From contig JAISEE010000019.1 in NCBI GenBank assembly GCA_031264325.1, forward strand, positions 48,891-112,890: DNA of 64,000 nucleotides, read 5' to 3'. Below, in pieces: positions 10,420 to 20,551 of this stretch. A program made the position numbers and the translations under genes. The notes below the pieces were generated by a model. The model worked only from the letters and a program-made list of their open reading frames with translations. It ran no database searches and was not told the DNA's origin. Source of the DNA: Endomicrobium sp. GTDB taxonomy: Bacteria > Elusimicrobiota > Endomicrobiia > Endomicrobiales > Endomicrobiaceae. Each line of letters begins with the position of its first letter. Position 1 is the first letter of the stretch.

Positions 10420-12050
10420 ACCTAAACAAGATATTATTTATACATATAATTAAAACAGAAAGCATAAAAAAATAATAGACCAAACTCACTTGTAGTAAAA
10501 AAACAAAAAAAACACTATTATTATGACATACAAATAAATTAATATAACCTTGCAAGATAAAAGGAACACTCCGAACAAATACCAATTTCTATGCGTCAAA
10601 CTTTAACATCTTTAATAATGCCAAATGTCGACTTTCGCTCATTGTATAAATAAATAGAAGAAATAGTTAAAAGTATGCCCAAGTCACCACAACTTTAAAC
10701 TCTACGGAATACATGGTGGGCGTGCTCAATTTAGATAAATACCTCTATTTGAAAAACATCTATAATAACAACCGTTCATGTAGGAATAACTTTTATCAAA
10801 AATATTTTCTGATATAATCCAAATCCTATAAAAACCTATTAATCATAGCGTTTAAAACTAAATAAACTCAATATATAGATAATAAATCATAAACTTCTCC
10901 GTTTATTATATCTCCATGCTGCCAATGTTCATATACAAAACAAAAAAATAACCATAATTTCATTAAATAACTGTCATATCTTTTTCACACATATCAACAC
11001 TTTTTAGAAGCTTAGAAACGAAGAATCATCTTAACTTTTTGATGTATAATATAAATATGCATTTGGAACAAAAATAAATATCTAAATTTTATTTGAACTA
11101 TTCTTTATTTCATACTTAACGTCATAACCATTCAAAGTAGTAAATTTTTTTATAATTAAACGTACTTATCGTCAATTTTTTCATGTCTCCTACAAAATGT
11201 AAACCTTGACTTTTAAAAATTTTCTATTACACTTTTATCTCTGTACTTTATTTAAAATTTATATATCCTACAAAAAAAATAGTCTTTTTTGTAGCAATTA
11301 AGCATACATTTTTACATCACGTTATTTGAAAATAATTCTATAATAGAGACGTTATTTTATATTCGCGTCACATACATACATATAAATACTTATCAAAATT
11401 CATATCTTCTACTCCTATTAAATCGCTATGTGTAAAAAGTATTATGAACTTATGAATCATCGTTATTTATAAAAATCATTTCCTAAAAATATCTTTAAGT
11501 TTTTATGATAATATGAATAAAAATTTATATCTTCAATGCCAAAGTAGCAAGCAATTGTGATAAAACTTAAAAAACATTCCATTCAAAAATTGACTTGTCG
11601 TTTGAAAACAACGTGTAGATATTTTACATCTTATTGTTCAGTCCAAATATTTTTATGAGATTTGGTTTAAAATTAAGTCAAAGTGTTTCAATACGATCTT
11701 CTAAGTCTAGTGTAATACTTTATCATAAAACTCATCTGTCTTTAAAGCGTCACAACAGTGTTTCTTAAATATCTTTATTATTCACACATAATATTTATCC
11801 ACCAACTGTTTTTGTCTGGTATAAACACATTTCACAAATATTTAAAAATTTGATTTTAAACCTCTATCAAATATATACACAACACCTGATGGTTAAATAG
11901 CTAGAAACATATTTTTTCTTTATCGCACACTCTCAAAACCTCCCCATTAAATAATAAAACTATCACATTTTTAAGTTCTCTAAGAAAATCTCATAACATC
12001 AGACTTTTAAAGCTTGATAAATATCCCATGCACACTATTTTATCATTCAA
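10420..12050 (-). pseudogene. Heavily eroded mannose/fructose/sorbose-type PTS EII subunits (IIA, IIB, IIC/IID)
   Basis: IIA-like start 'MIKIV..G' near 12047, IID-like 'PYMNG.II' near 10765-10790, hydrophobic tail abutting ptsH; position between rapZ and ptsH; no intact ORF. Confidence 0.5.
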
Positions 12051-12161
12051 CTAATATATAATCTCTAACTATTATAACCGAAACTATAAAGATATTATGG
12101 CCTTCCCTATAATATCTTTTTATATTTACTATATTTTTTGTCAATTAATCAATATTCTATC

Positions 12162-13278
12162 TATCAGTAAACTCAAGTAAGCTAATACAAATTACAAGTG
12201 TGACAAAATCAAATAGAGATCAAACTGTTTACAAAGTAATAAACAAGTAACATCTACAAACTCAGAAGTTAGACTACAATGAGCATTTCTCTTTGCCACA
12301 GTAATTTTATATCATCTCTACCCGCACCACATAAGCTTCAGATATTAATTTTTCCATTATTACAGCCCCTTAGAATATCTCTATGGCTAAGCTTCACTTT
12401 GTATTTTTTGCTTTTCAAAAAACCAGCTAACTTTTCAGCCGTAAAAACAGATCTGTGACATCCCCCAGTACATCCTAGTGCAATAGTTAAGTAACTTTTC
12501 CCTTCATTTATATAATGTGGGAGAGTGTTTTTAATAAGTTTTGAAAATTCTTTAAAAAATATCTTAAATTCCTTATGTTTTTCTATATATCAGTAAACTC
12601 AAGTAAGCTAATATAAGTTACACATGCTTTGCTTATAACATAGCATTCATATATAGCATATAATATTCTTTCCATTATCAGAAAGTTTACCACGAAATAA
12701 CTTTAAATTTTAAATCTATAACTTTCAAACATGTGCAAATGGACAGAGGGTAAGAGATATAGACATTACAAAAACACATCTAAAAGCATATCAACAGAAG
12801 CCAAAACATTATCTTTATCACTTACATCTCTTAGAAAAAATAAAATACATAAACACATCTGCTTTAAACCAGCGTTTAATCCAAGTGTGACAAAATCAAA
12901 TAGAGATCAAACTGTTTACAAAGTAATAAACAAGTAGCATCTACAAACTCAGAAGTTAGACTGCAATGAACATTTCTCTTTGCCACAGTAATTTTATATC
13001 ATCTCCACCCACACCACATAAGCTTCAGATATTAATTTTTCCATTATTGCAGCCCCTTAGAATATCTCTATGGCTAAGCTTCACTTTATATTTTCTGCTT
13101 TTCAAAAAACCAGCTAACTTTTCAGCCGTAAAAACAGATCTGTGACATCCCCCAGTACACCCTATTGCAATAGTTAAGTAACTTTTCCCTTCATTTATAT
13201 AATGTGGAAGAGTGTTTTTAATAAGTTTTGAAAATTCTTTAAAAAATATCTTAAATTCCTTATGTTTTTCTATATATC
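12162..13278. repeat. Tandem duplication: copy B 12588-13278 (includes the rapZ 3' end) and copy A 12162-12591 carrying a 261-bp internal deletion
   Basis: 12195-12591 matches 12882-13278 at offset 687; 12162-12196 matches 12588-12622; TATC at all three junctions. Confidence 0.95.
12338..12591 (-). pseudogene. rapZ: Duplicated 3' fragment of rapZ
   Basis: Near-identical copy of the last ~84 codons of rapZ with no start. Confidence 0.9.
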
Positions 13279-13906
13279 TTTGAACAGATTTATCACGACC
13301 TGTTTTATACTTTAATTCATGGACATAATTAGGATTTGTTATAAAACGCACATCATAAACTATATCTGCATCATTTGGAATGCCATATTTATAACCAAAA
13401 GATACGACTGAAATGTTTAAATATCGTTTTTCAAGTTGCTGAATATCGACAAGAACTGAAATTGTTTTTTTCAACTCTCCTATTGTAAGATTTGAAGTGT
13501 CAATAACTTCATCAGCAACGCAAAAAATATTATCTAATGCTTTTCTTTCTTGTTTTATTCCTTCAGAAACCGATTTACCACTAGGATGATGGTGGCGAGT
13601 TTCAGAATAACGTCTTAAAATAATATCATCCGAAGCTGTAAAAAAAATAACTTTATAACTGATTTTTTTGCTCTTTAAAATTACAAGAAAATTTTTAAAT
13701 TCGGAAAAATATTCTTCGTTTCGAGAATCTACACCTATCGCGATATTTTTATATTTTTTAGAATCCTTTGCACATATGTCTATAAAATCAGTAATCATCT
13801 TAGTAGGCAAATTATCAACACAAACAAAACCAAAATCTTCAAAAATTTTGAGCGCTTGACTTTTACCAGCACCAGACATGCCTGAAATTATATATAATTT
13901 AATCAT
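13025..13906 (-). CDS. rapZ: RNase adapter RapZ / YvcJ P-loop protein
   Basis: GMSGAGKS, CVDNLP, RYSETR, SFGYKYG, DVRF..NP, GCTGG.HRSV. Confidence 0.95.
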   Translation of the reverse strand: MIKLYIISGMSGAGKSQALKIFEDFGFVCVDNLPTKMITDFIDICAKDSKKYKNIAIGVDSRNEEYFSEFKNFLVILKSKKISYKVIFFTASDDIILRRYSETRHHHPSGKSVSEGIKQERKALDNIFCVADEVIDTSNLTIGELKKTISVLVDIQQLEKRYLNISVVSFGYKYGIPNDADIVYDVRFITNPNYVHELKYKTGRDKSVQRYIEKHKEFKIFFKEFSKLIKNTLPHYINEGKSYLTIAIGCTGGCHRSVFTAEKLAGFLKSRKYKVKLSHRDILRGCNNGKINI

Positions 13907-13914
13907 AGGCTATT

Positions 13915-14345
13915 AATTGGCTTAGTTCTTGACGCAACTTAGAATCTAAATGTTACTTTTGAGCGATAAAATCACGCTTGTTTTTTTAGCTTTTGACTTA
14001 AACTTGCATCCTCAATAAGAGTAGCAATATTTCTGCCAAGGGCAAGATAAGTTGTGATCTCAGGGGGAACGTCAACACCTAAATATTCTACACAATAATT
14101 GTCAATACTGGCCCTTATCATACCTTTTAAACCGATTTCACTCTTCAAATTTTATAACTAACGCAACTTTTTGGATTCATATAAATATTCCCCATACCAA
14201 AAAGCTCTTTAATATCTATAATTCCCATACCTATTACTTCTAAATATTTTGTAATATCGAATTCACTCCCTGTTAAATTTTTCAGCTTGCAATTTAAATT
14301 TGAAAATTCCACCTTTTCCTTTAATAAGAATATCCACTCCCATAG
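13915..14345 (-). pseudogene. hprK: HPr kinase/phosphorylase remnant, N-terminal domain deleted
   Basis: 'GVDILIKGKGG' (Walker A region), 'LEVIGMGIIDIKELF', 'GRNIATLIE' (14011-14037); frameshifted and only ~430 bp. Confidence 0.85.
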
Positions 14346-14348
14346 TAA

Positions 14349-14807
14349 TCAATAAGCATCCTCTTGTTGTATAAGTTTTACTACTTCTTGTATGGTTTTA
14401 GCTTCTTTTATGGCTTGTCTTAAAAACTTATCTTTAAACAATCTTGAAATTCTTGACAAAGCTTTTAAATACTGCCCAGCAACTTCAATAGATCCGACTA
14501 AAAGGAAAATTATATAAACAGATTCACCATCAAGAGAGTTAAACTCTATGCCTTTACGAGAAATACCAAGAACTCCAATTAGTTCCTGCAAAAAATCAAC
14601 CTTACCATGAGGAAGCGCAACGCCCTGGCCGATTCCTGTTGAACCAAGTCTTTCCCTTTCCAAAATAATATTTATTATATCATCGCTGTTTTTAATCTTT
14701 TTAGTATTTTTTAAAATTTCAACCAATTCTACAATCGCAGACTTCTTGTCTGTTGCTTTTAGGTCGATAATTATTGTGTCCTGACTTAAAAAATCCATAA
14801 TTTTCAT
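14349..14807 (-). CDS. ptsN: PTS EIIA, Ntr/fructose-mannitol type
   Basis: ERERLGSTGIGQGVALPHG (phospho-His), LDGESV; hpf-ptsN-hprK-rapZ context. Confidence 0.88.
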   Translation of the reverse strand: MKIMDFLSQDTIIIDLKATDKKSAIVELVEILKNTKKIKNSDDIINIILERERLGSTGIGQGVALPHGKVDFLQELIGVLGISRKGIEFNSLDGESVYIIFLLVGSIEVAGQYLKALSRISRLFKDKFLRQAIKEAKTIQEVVKLIQQEDAY

Positions 14808-14817
14808 TTATTTTCTC

Positions 14818-15010
14818 CTATTTTAATTTCACTGACCTCTAAAAGAATTACATATTCATTATCATTACGATAATAACACTCACTTTCGTTTAGTATAGTC
14901 ATTTAAAGTCATATATACTTTCTTTACAACCTAAATCGTCCATCTCGTTAACTGTCTCTTCAACCGTAACAGGTTATAAATTAAAACGTTTTATTTCTGA
15001 AATTTCTGTT
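14818..15010 (-). pseudogene. Disrupted C-terminal domain of long HPF
   Basis: Out-of-frame 'TEISEIKRFNL*PVTVEETVNEMDDLG...YRNDNEY' resembles the S30AE_C consensus KPM.VEEA..QM..LG; stop at 14974-14976. Confidence 0.75.
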
Positions 15011-15391
15011 CTTGGATTTTTCAATATTATCATAAAGAAAAACTTCTTCAATATTGCATTTTTTATCTTTTAAAGTTATTAGTTTGTTTTTTTTTTGAAT
15101 TTTTTGAGATTGAGATATTTTTTTTGTTTTTTTGAGTTGTTTTTCAAATTTATCTGAAGCAAAGTCTATTGAAGCGTATAAGTCTGTTGATTCCTCTTTT
15201 GACCTGAAAAAAAATTTTCCAGAGTTGAAAATTATTTCAGCTATTTGTCTATTTTTTTCAATCGAAAAAATAACATGGACAAAAACATCACTCGTATTAA
15301 AAAATTTTTCATATTTTATAATTTTTTTTCGCACATAAGAATTTATAGAATCTGTCAGTTTAAGATGTCTTGCCGTTATATTAATCTGCAT
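14981..15391 (-). CDS. hpf: Ribosome hibernation factor HPF, intact N-terminal domain, truncated
   Basis: MQINITARHLKLTDSINSYV...DLYASID...KFEKQLKK; ATG at 15391 after a GGAG RBS. Confidence 0.85.
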   Translation of the reverse strand: MQINITARHLKLTDSINSYVRKKIIKYEKFFNTSDVFVHVIFSIEKNRQIAEIIFNSGKFFFRSKEESTDLYASIDFASDKFEKQLKKTKKISQSQKIQKKNKLITLKDKKCNIEEVFLYDNIEKSKNRNFRNKTF

Positions 15392-15498
15392 TCTTTTCTC
15401 CTTTATGACACTGACACTCTTTAAAGTATACAAAAACTTATGTGCGTTTATTAAACCATCAAAAAAAATCATAAACAAATTCAACAAATTCTATTTAT

Positions 15499-16218
15499 CT
15501 ACATCTTGAAATTATCACCAAGATATATTTTCTTTGCCTTAGGATTCTCTAATAGTTCTTTGGCACTTCCTTCAAGTAAAACTTTTCCTTCATAAATAAT
15601 ATAAGCCCTGTCAATAATTTCAAGAGCTTCCCTTACATTGTGGTCTGTTATTAAAATCCCAAACCCTCTGTTTCTAAGACTTCTTATAATTTTTTGTATA
15701 TCATCAACCGTAATTGGATCAATTCCTACAAACGGCTCATCTAAAAGTAAAAATTTAGGATTTGTTACCAAAGCCCTTGCAATTTCAAGTCTTCTTTTTT
15801 CACCACCTGAAAGAGTAATGCTCACCTGTTTCCTGAGCCTTGTAAGATCAAAATTTTCAAGTAACGAGTCAACTTTTTTCTGCTGTTCATTTTTTGAAAC
15901 AGTAAGCGTTTGAGCAACAGCCATTAAATTGTCTTCTACGCTCAAACCCCGAAAAATTGATGAATCTTGGGCAAGATAACTAACCCCTGCGCGTGCTCTT
16001 TGATACATAGGACAATCAGTAATATCGCTGTCTCCTAAATAAACGCTTCCGCAATATGGTTTAACAAGACCAATAGTCATATAAAAAGTTGTAGTTTTTC
16101 CAGCTCCATTAGGGCCAAACAAACCTACAATCTCACCTTGTCTAACACTTATGCTTATGCCGTTTACAACCATTCTATGCTTATATTTTTTAAATAATTC
16201 TTCGGTTCTTAGTATCAT
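15499..16218 (-). CDS. lptB: LPS export ABC ATPase
   Basis: GPNGAGKTT, LSGGEKRRLEIARAL, LLDEPF.GIDP, LITDHNVRE. Confidence 0.96.
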   Translation of the reverse strand: MILRTEELFKKYKHRMVVNGISISVRQGEIVGLFGPNGAGKTTTFYMTIGLVKPYCGSVYLGDSDITDCPMYQRARAGVSYLAQDSSIFRGLSVEDNLMAVAQTLTVSKNEQQKKVDSLLENFDLTRLRKQVSITLSGGEKRRLEIARALVTNPKFLLLDEPFVGIDPITVDDIQKIIRSLRNRGFGILITDHNVREALEIIDRAYIIYEGKVLLEGSAKELLENPKAKKIYLGDNFKM

Positions 16219-16228
16219 TTATTGTATC

Positions 16229-16888
16229 TTACATTTCTATTTTGCCTTTAACATCTCCCTCCATGAATATTTTAACATAATTATTATCGTAAAAAATCAT
16301 TTTATTAGCTTCATAAAGTTGCTTTGTGCCTTCATATCTAATTTCAGCAACAGGTCTTGTTTTATCTTTTTCAAATATCGACCCAGATATTTTTCGATCA
16401 AATAAAACACTGTCGGAATGAATAACACCTGAAGACGTCACAACAAATACATCACCGTATGCTTTTATATTTTCACCATTTTTATCAAACTCTATTTCCT
16501 CCGCCCATATTATAACAGGCATTGATGGACCATTAACAAAATATTTTATTGAAATTTTTTTATCCCTACCCCATAGTTTACCTTTTCCTGCATTTATATT
16601 ATATTTTACAAAACCTCCCAACGCTTCAACCCTATCATCGTTTGTAAATCTTGACACAATTTTTACATTTCCAGAAGCTAAAAACTCTGAGTGTTTTTTA
16701 TTAAAAAATGCCTTATCAGCGATTATTTCCGTATTTTTATTGTCAAATGTTTTAGATTTAAATATTGAATCCTGGGCACAAAAAACAACTGTATTAAAAA
16801 AAATAATAAATAACGAAACAACAAAATCAATCAAGAACCATTCGCTGATTCTTAATAGCGACTGTTTCAAGTTTAGTATCTGCATCAA
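16229..16888 (-). CDS. LptA/OstA-like periplasmic LPS transport protein
   Basis: Signal-like hydrophobic segment and beta-jellyroll repeats (ASGNVKI, AYGDVFV); lies between lptC and lptB; true start probably downstream of 16888. Confidence 0.6.
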   Translation of the reverse strand: MMQILNLKQSLLRISEWFLIDFVVSLFIIFFNTVVFCAQDSIFKSKTFDNKNTEIIADKAFFNKKHSEFLASGNVKIVSRFTNDDRVEALGGFVKYNINAGKGKLWGRDKKISIKYFVNGPSMPVIIWAEEIEFDKNGENIKAYGDVFVVTSSGVIHSDSVLFDRKISGSIFEKDKTRPVAEIRYEGTKQLYEANKMIFYDNNYVKIFMEGDVKGKIEM

Positions 16889-17354
16889 ACCCCGTTCCGC
16901 ATATCATCTGCCCATGTTTTTTAATCTTAATATTGTTATCGCTATAAATTAAATTTTTTTTTACATTGTACATTAAGTCCGTAGTTTGCAAATGCTCGTT
17001 ATTTGCTGTGTCAATAACACATTTACCTATTCCTTTAACATCGCATGTTTCCAAATCTATATCAGCACTTTCCGAAATAAGCGTAGAAACATAAATCCCA
17101 TTATCATAAAACTTTACAACTGGAAGTTTTAAATGAGCAATACCCCCATTCTCATCTATAGTAACTGAATCTGCCTCTATTATCGTTTTCAATTTTCCAT
17201 CTTTGACTTGGGTTATAGTAAATTTTTCTATAACACATTCAGACATTGGTGATTTTTTTTCAATAATAACATTTTCAGGCTTGCATCCTATTAAAAACAA
17301 AAAAATAAAAAAAACATAAATGAGTAAGGTAAATCTTTTTTTATAAAAACTCAT
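16827..17354 (-). CDS. lptC: LPS export periplasmic protein LptC
   Basis: Lipoprotein-like N-terminus (FLIGC), 'LQTTDLMYN...IYSD', 'GTGFDAD'; cluster context. Confidence 0.75.
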   Translation of the reverse strand: MSFYKKRFTLLIYVFFIFLFLIGCKPENVIIEKKSPMSECVIEKFTITQVKDGKLKTIIEADSVTIDENGGIAHLKLPVVKFYDNGIYVSTLISESADIDLETCDVKGIGKCVIDTANNEHLQTTDLMYNVKKNLIYSDNNIKIKKHGQMICGTGFDADTKLETVAIKNQRMVLD

Positions 17355-18265
17355 GTTTCCCCTCTTATATGGCTTGTTTTCCATCTGTTATGAAACCAAA
17401 CCCACTGTTCAGGATGTTTTTTTATATGTTCTTCTAAGATAGATGTAATATCTTGCGTAAGTTTTTCTATATCTTTTCCAAAATCGTCTGTTTTTGTAAA
17501 GCTTATAGGACCGTTAATCACAGTTTTGTGTTTGTATTTATCTATTCTTTGATCAAATGCTACATAAACATCTGCTTTGGTTTTTAAAGCTAAAACAGCA
17601 AGCCCCGAAGGTGTCCACGCTTTTTGACCGAAAAAATTAACAAAAACCCCAGCAACATCAACATCTTGATCTATAAGCATCGCTATAGTTTCTCCTCTTT
17701 TTAAAGCTCTTAAAAGCTTAATTCCAGAATCTGAGGCTCCTCTTAATATAACCTTTATATTCTTGCTCTTCCTATATCCGACAAGCATGTTGTTAAGACC
17801 GTCAATATAAATTTTCTTCACCACAACATTTACAGGAATACCCATTTCGGCCATTATAGCAGCAGTTATTTCCCAGTTCCCCGTATGGGCACTTGCAAAA
17901 AGTATACCCTTACCACTTCTCAAACTTTTCTGTATACGATCAAATTTTTCAACATGAGCTATATTTCTCATAAACCTAGAATTCATGCGAGGAAAATTCG
18001 TCAGCTCAAAAAAATTCATTGCTTCAAGAAAAAATATTTTTTTTACCATTCTTTTTATATCTTCATTTGACTTTTCGGGAAAACATTTTTTTAAATTTTT
18101 TTTAGCATTTTTCACTCCCTCTTTAACAATATAATAAGCTATATTTCCAAAAAAAAAACTAAGAAAGCCAACTGAAAATTTATAAGGTAAAATTAAAACT
18201 AATTTTGAAAAAACATATGCCCCGTAATAATATATTCTTCTGCGAACTTTTTTAAAATCTAACAT
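17351..18265 (-). CDS. Lipid A late acyltransferase (LpxL/HtrB family)
   Basis: AHTGNWE, LIDQD, FVNFFG, HPEQWVWFHNRWK. Confidence 0.9.
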   Translation of the reverse strand: MLDFKKVRRRIYYYGAYVFSKLVLILPYKFSVGFLSFFFGNIAYYIVKEGVKNAKKNLKKCFPEKSNEDIKRMVKKIFFLEAMNFFELTNFPRMNSRFMRNIAHVEKFDRIQKSLRSGKGILFASAHTGNWEITAAIMAEMGIPVNVVVKKIYIDGLNNMLVGYRKSKNIKVILRGASDSGIKLLRALKRGETIAMLIDQDVDVAGVFVNFFGQKAWTPSGLAVLALKTKADVYVAFDQRIDKYKHKTVINGPISFTKTDDFGKDIEKLTQDITSILEEHIKKHPEQWVWFHNRWKTSHIRGET

Positions 18266-18294
18266 TCGTATATATTTCCAAACCCAATTTTTAC

Positions 18295-18770
18295 TCACCT
18301 AAAGCTTTTAAGCCTTCATTATAATCTCTATTATCTCTCTAACCACTCTTCTGCTGCTTAAAGCTGACAAATCACAGCTTAAAGAGAAGTATATCATCAT
18401 AAAAGAGGGGAACACGACTAAAAAACTGCTAACATTAAAATAGAAACATCGATAATACCATATCCTATCTAAATTTTCTTTTTCTGTTATTCTTTCAAGA
18501 GATTCTTTTTGTTCATATAACTTTGAATCAAATAATCTACTTTTTCAACTACACAAGATAAATTTCAACTAACATGTCTCTCATGTAATCCATGCAGTTT
18601 TAATCCACTCTTGAAGACGTTTTTGACAATAAATATATTCTATGTTGTTTTTATAACCATCTCTACTCTCTATTGTTAATAATTATCTCGCCGTATGTAA
18701 TAATGCCATTCACATAACACAGGCAAATTAATATTCTTAAATTTTTTCAAAATTTGTTATTATTTCATTA
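18295..18770 (-). pseudogene. kdsC: KDO 8-phosphate phosphatase remnant
   Basis: 'VNGIITYGEIII' (from DVDGVLTDG), 'KTAWIT', 'VVREIIEIIMKA' (18311-18346); broken by stops and indels. Confidence 0.75.
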
Positions 18771-18990
18771 TTTTATCGCAACATTGCTTAAATTTTCACA
18801 GCTAAACCACCAAAAATAAATTCAAGGTCTTACTTTTGTATCATAATAAAATTTTATAAATTATATTTAAGATAAAAAAGTAACTGCCAAAGCTTACGGA
18901 AAAACAATTGCAAAAATTTTTAAATACCACTTAGCTCATAAAATCCTAAAAACATCTTTTCTCTTTTAGCTTCAACCGAATTTTTGTGTT

Positions 18991-19812
18991 TTATTTTACT
19001 ATCTTATCTATAGCTTTGATATGTTTTAAAAACTGTTTAAAGTTTTTTAATTCCAAACTATTTGCTCCATCGGAAAGAGCTTTGTTGGGATTATCATGAA
19101 CTTCTAAAAATAATGCGGCAACGCCTACTGCCACAGCCGCTTTTGCAAGAGGAAAAACAAACTCTCTGTTGCCACTGCTACAAATTCCTCGCCCTCCAGG
19201 AAGTTGAACACTGTGAGTGGCGTCAAAAACAACAGGATACCCAGTTTTTTTCATTATCTCCAACCCTCTAAAATCAACTACTAAATTGTGATAGCCAAAA
19301 GAGACACCCCTTTCAGTTAAAGTTAAGTTACTATTGCCAAAACTTTCAGCTTTTTTAATAACATTAGCCATATCTTCTGGAGCTAAAAATTGTCCTTTTT
19401 TTATATTGATAGGCTTTCCAGTAAGAGCACATGCTTTTATTAAGTCTGTCTGACGGGATAAAAATGCAGGAATCTGCAAAAAATCAACAACTCCAGCAAC
19501 TATGTGCGCTTGGTTTTCATTATGGATGTCAGTAATTACAGGCACTTTTAACTGCTCTTTTATCCTACCTAAGATTTTTAAACCTTCTTCCATTCCAGGC
19601 CCTCTAAAAGAACTGAAAGAAGAACGATTAGCCTTGTCGTAAGAAGTTTTAAAAATAAAAAAAATTTTTAATTCCGATGTTATTTTTTTTAAACTTGACG
19701 CTAAAGTTAAAGCGTGTTTTTCACTTTCAATAACGCAAGGCCCTGCTATTACAGCAAAGGGCTTATCGTTTGCTAAAATAACATTACCTATTTTTACTCG
19801 TTTTATACGCAT
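18991..19812 (-). CDS. kdsA: KDO 8-phosphate synthase
   Basis: [46 protein letters not shown]. Confidence 0.97.
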   Translation of the reverse strand: MRIKRVKIGNVILANDKPFAVIAGPCVIESEKHALTLASSLKKITSELKIFFIFKTSYDKANRSSFSSFRGPGMEEGLKILGRIKEQLKVPVITDIHNENQAHIVAGVVDFLQIPAFLSRQTDLIKACALTGKPINIKKGQFLAPEDMANVIKKAESFGNSNLTLTERGVSFGYHNLVVDFRGLEIMKKTGYPVVFDATHSVQLPGGRGICSSGNREFVFPLAKAAVAVGVAALFLEVHDNPNKALSDGANSLELKNFKQFLKHIKAIDKIVK

Positions 19813-19822
19813 ACATTTTTCC

Positions 19823-20551
19823 TTACTGTAAATATTTTTCAACTTTTGCAATATCTTTCGGAGTATCCACTCCTACAGAATCTTTCTTGGATACTATAAT
19901 TTTAATTTTTTTACCATTCTCAAGTGCCCTCAACTGCTCAAGATTTTCGATTCTTTCTAAAAGAGACCTTTTAATCTTAGAAAGATATAGCAAAAACTTT
20001 CTCTTGTATCCATATATCCCCATATGCTTATAATGCTTTACCTTTAAACCATCTCTATTAAACGGAATCGAAAATCTGGAAAAATACAAAGCGTACATAT
20101 CCTTGTCAAAAACAACTTTTACAATATTAGGGTTATTTATTAAATTAACATCTTTTATTGGAAAAGCCGCGGTTATATATTCAACGGTACTATCTTTTTT
20201 AAGTAACTTTATAATCTCATCTATGAGCGCCGGATCTATTAAAGGTTCATCGCCTTGAACATTAATAAAAATTTCGAATCTTTTTAAAAACTTTGATGCA
20301 ACAAAAGCAATCCTATCTGTACCGCTTTTACAAATTTTAGGAGTCATAAAAACATCAACCTTAAGACTTTTTATTACAAAATCGTAAATCCTTTTATCAT
20401 CTGTAGCAACTGCAATATAATCTACTTTTTTACACTTTTTTACTTGCTCAACAGTATACTCAATAAGAGGTTTTCCTTTTATTATAGCTAATAGTTTTCC
20501 TGGGAACCTACTTGAATCGTATCTTGAAGGGACAACTACTGCTGTTTTCAT
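19823..20551 (-). CDS. kdsB: CMP-KDO synthetase
   Basis: [38 protein letters not shown]. Confidence 0.96.
   Translation of the reverse strand: MKTAVVVPSRYDSSRFPGKLLAIIKGKPLIEYTVEQVKKCKKVDYIAVATDDKRIYDFVIKSLKVDVFMTPKICKSGTDRIAFVASKFLKRFEIFINVQGDEPLIDPALIDEIIKLLKKDSTVEYITAAFPIKDVNLINNPNIVKVVFDKDMYALYFSRFSIPFNRDGLKVKHYKHMGIYGYKRKFLLYLSKIKRSLLERIENLEQLRALENGKKIKIIVSKKDSVGVDTPKDIAKVEKYLQ

Noticed and set aside
10412-10585. Hydrophobic N-terminal extension on HPr in the ORF track, suggesting a membrane-anchored HPr
   Set aside because: Best explained as the in-frame tail of the decayed upstream EIID-like gene; GTG at 10411 gives a normal 87-aa HPr
12162-13278. Long direct repeat considered as IS ends, an att site or a CRISPR array
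   Set aside because: No transposase or integrase, inverted repeats or spacer periodicity; it is a plain tandem duplication of local sequence
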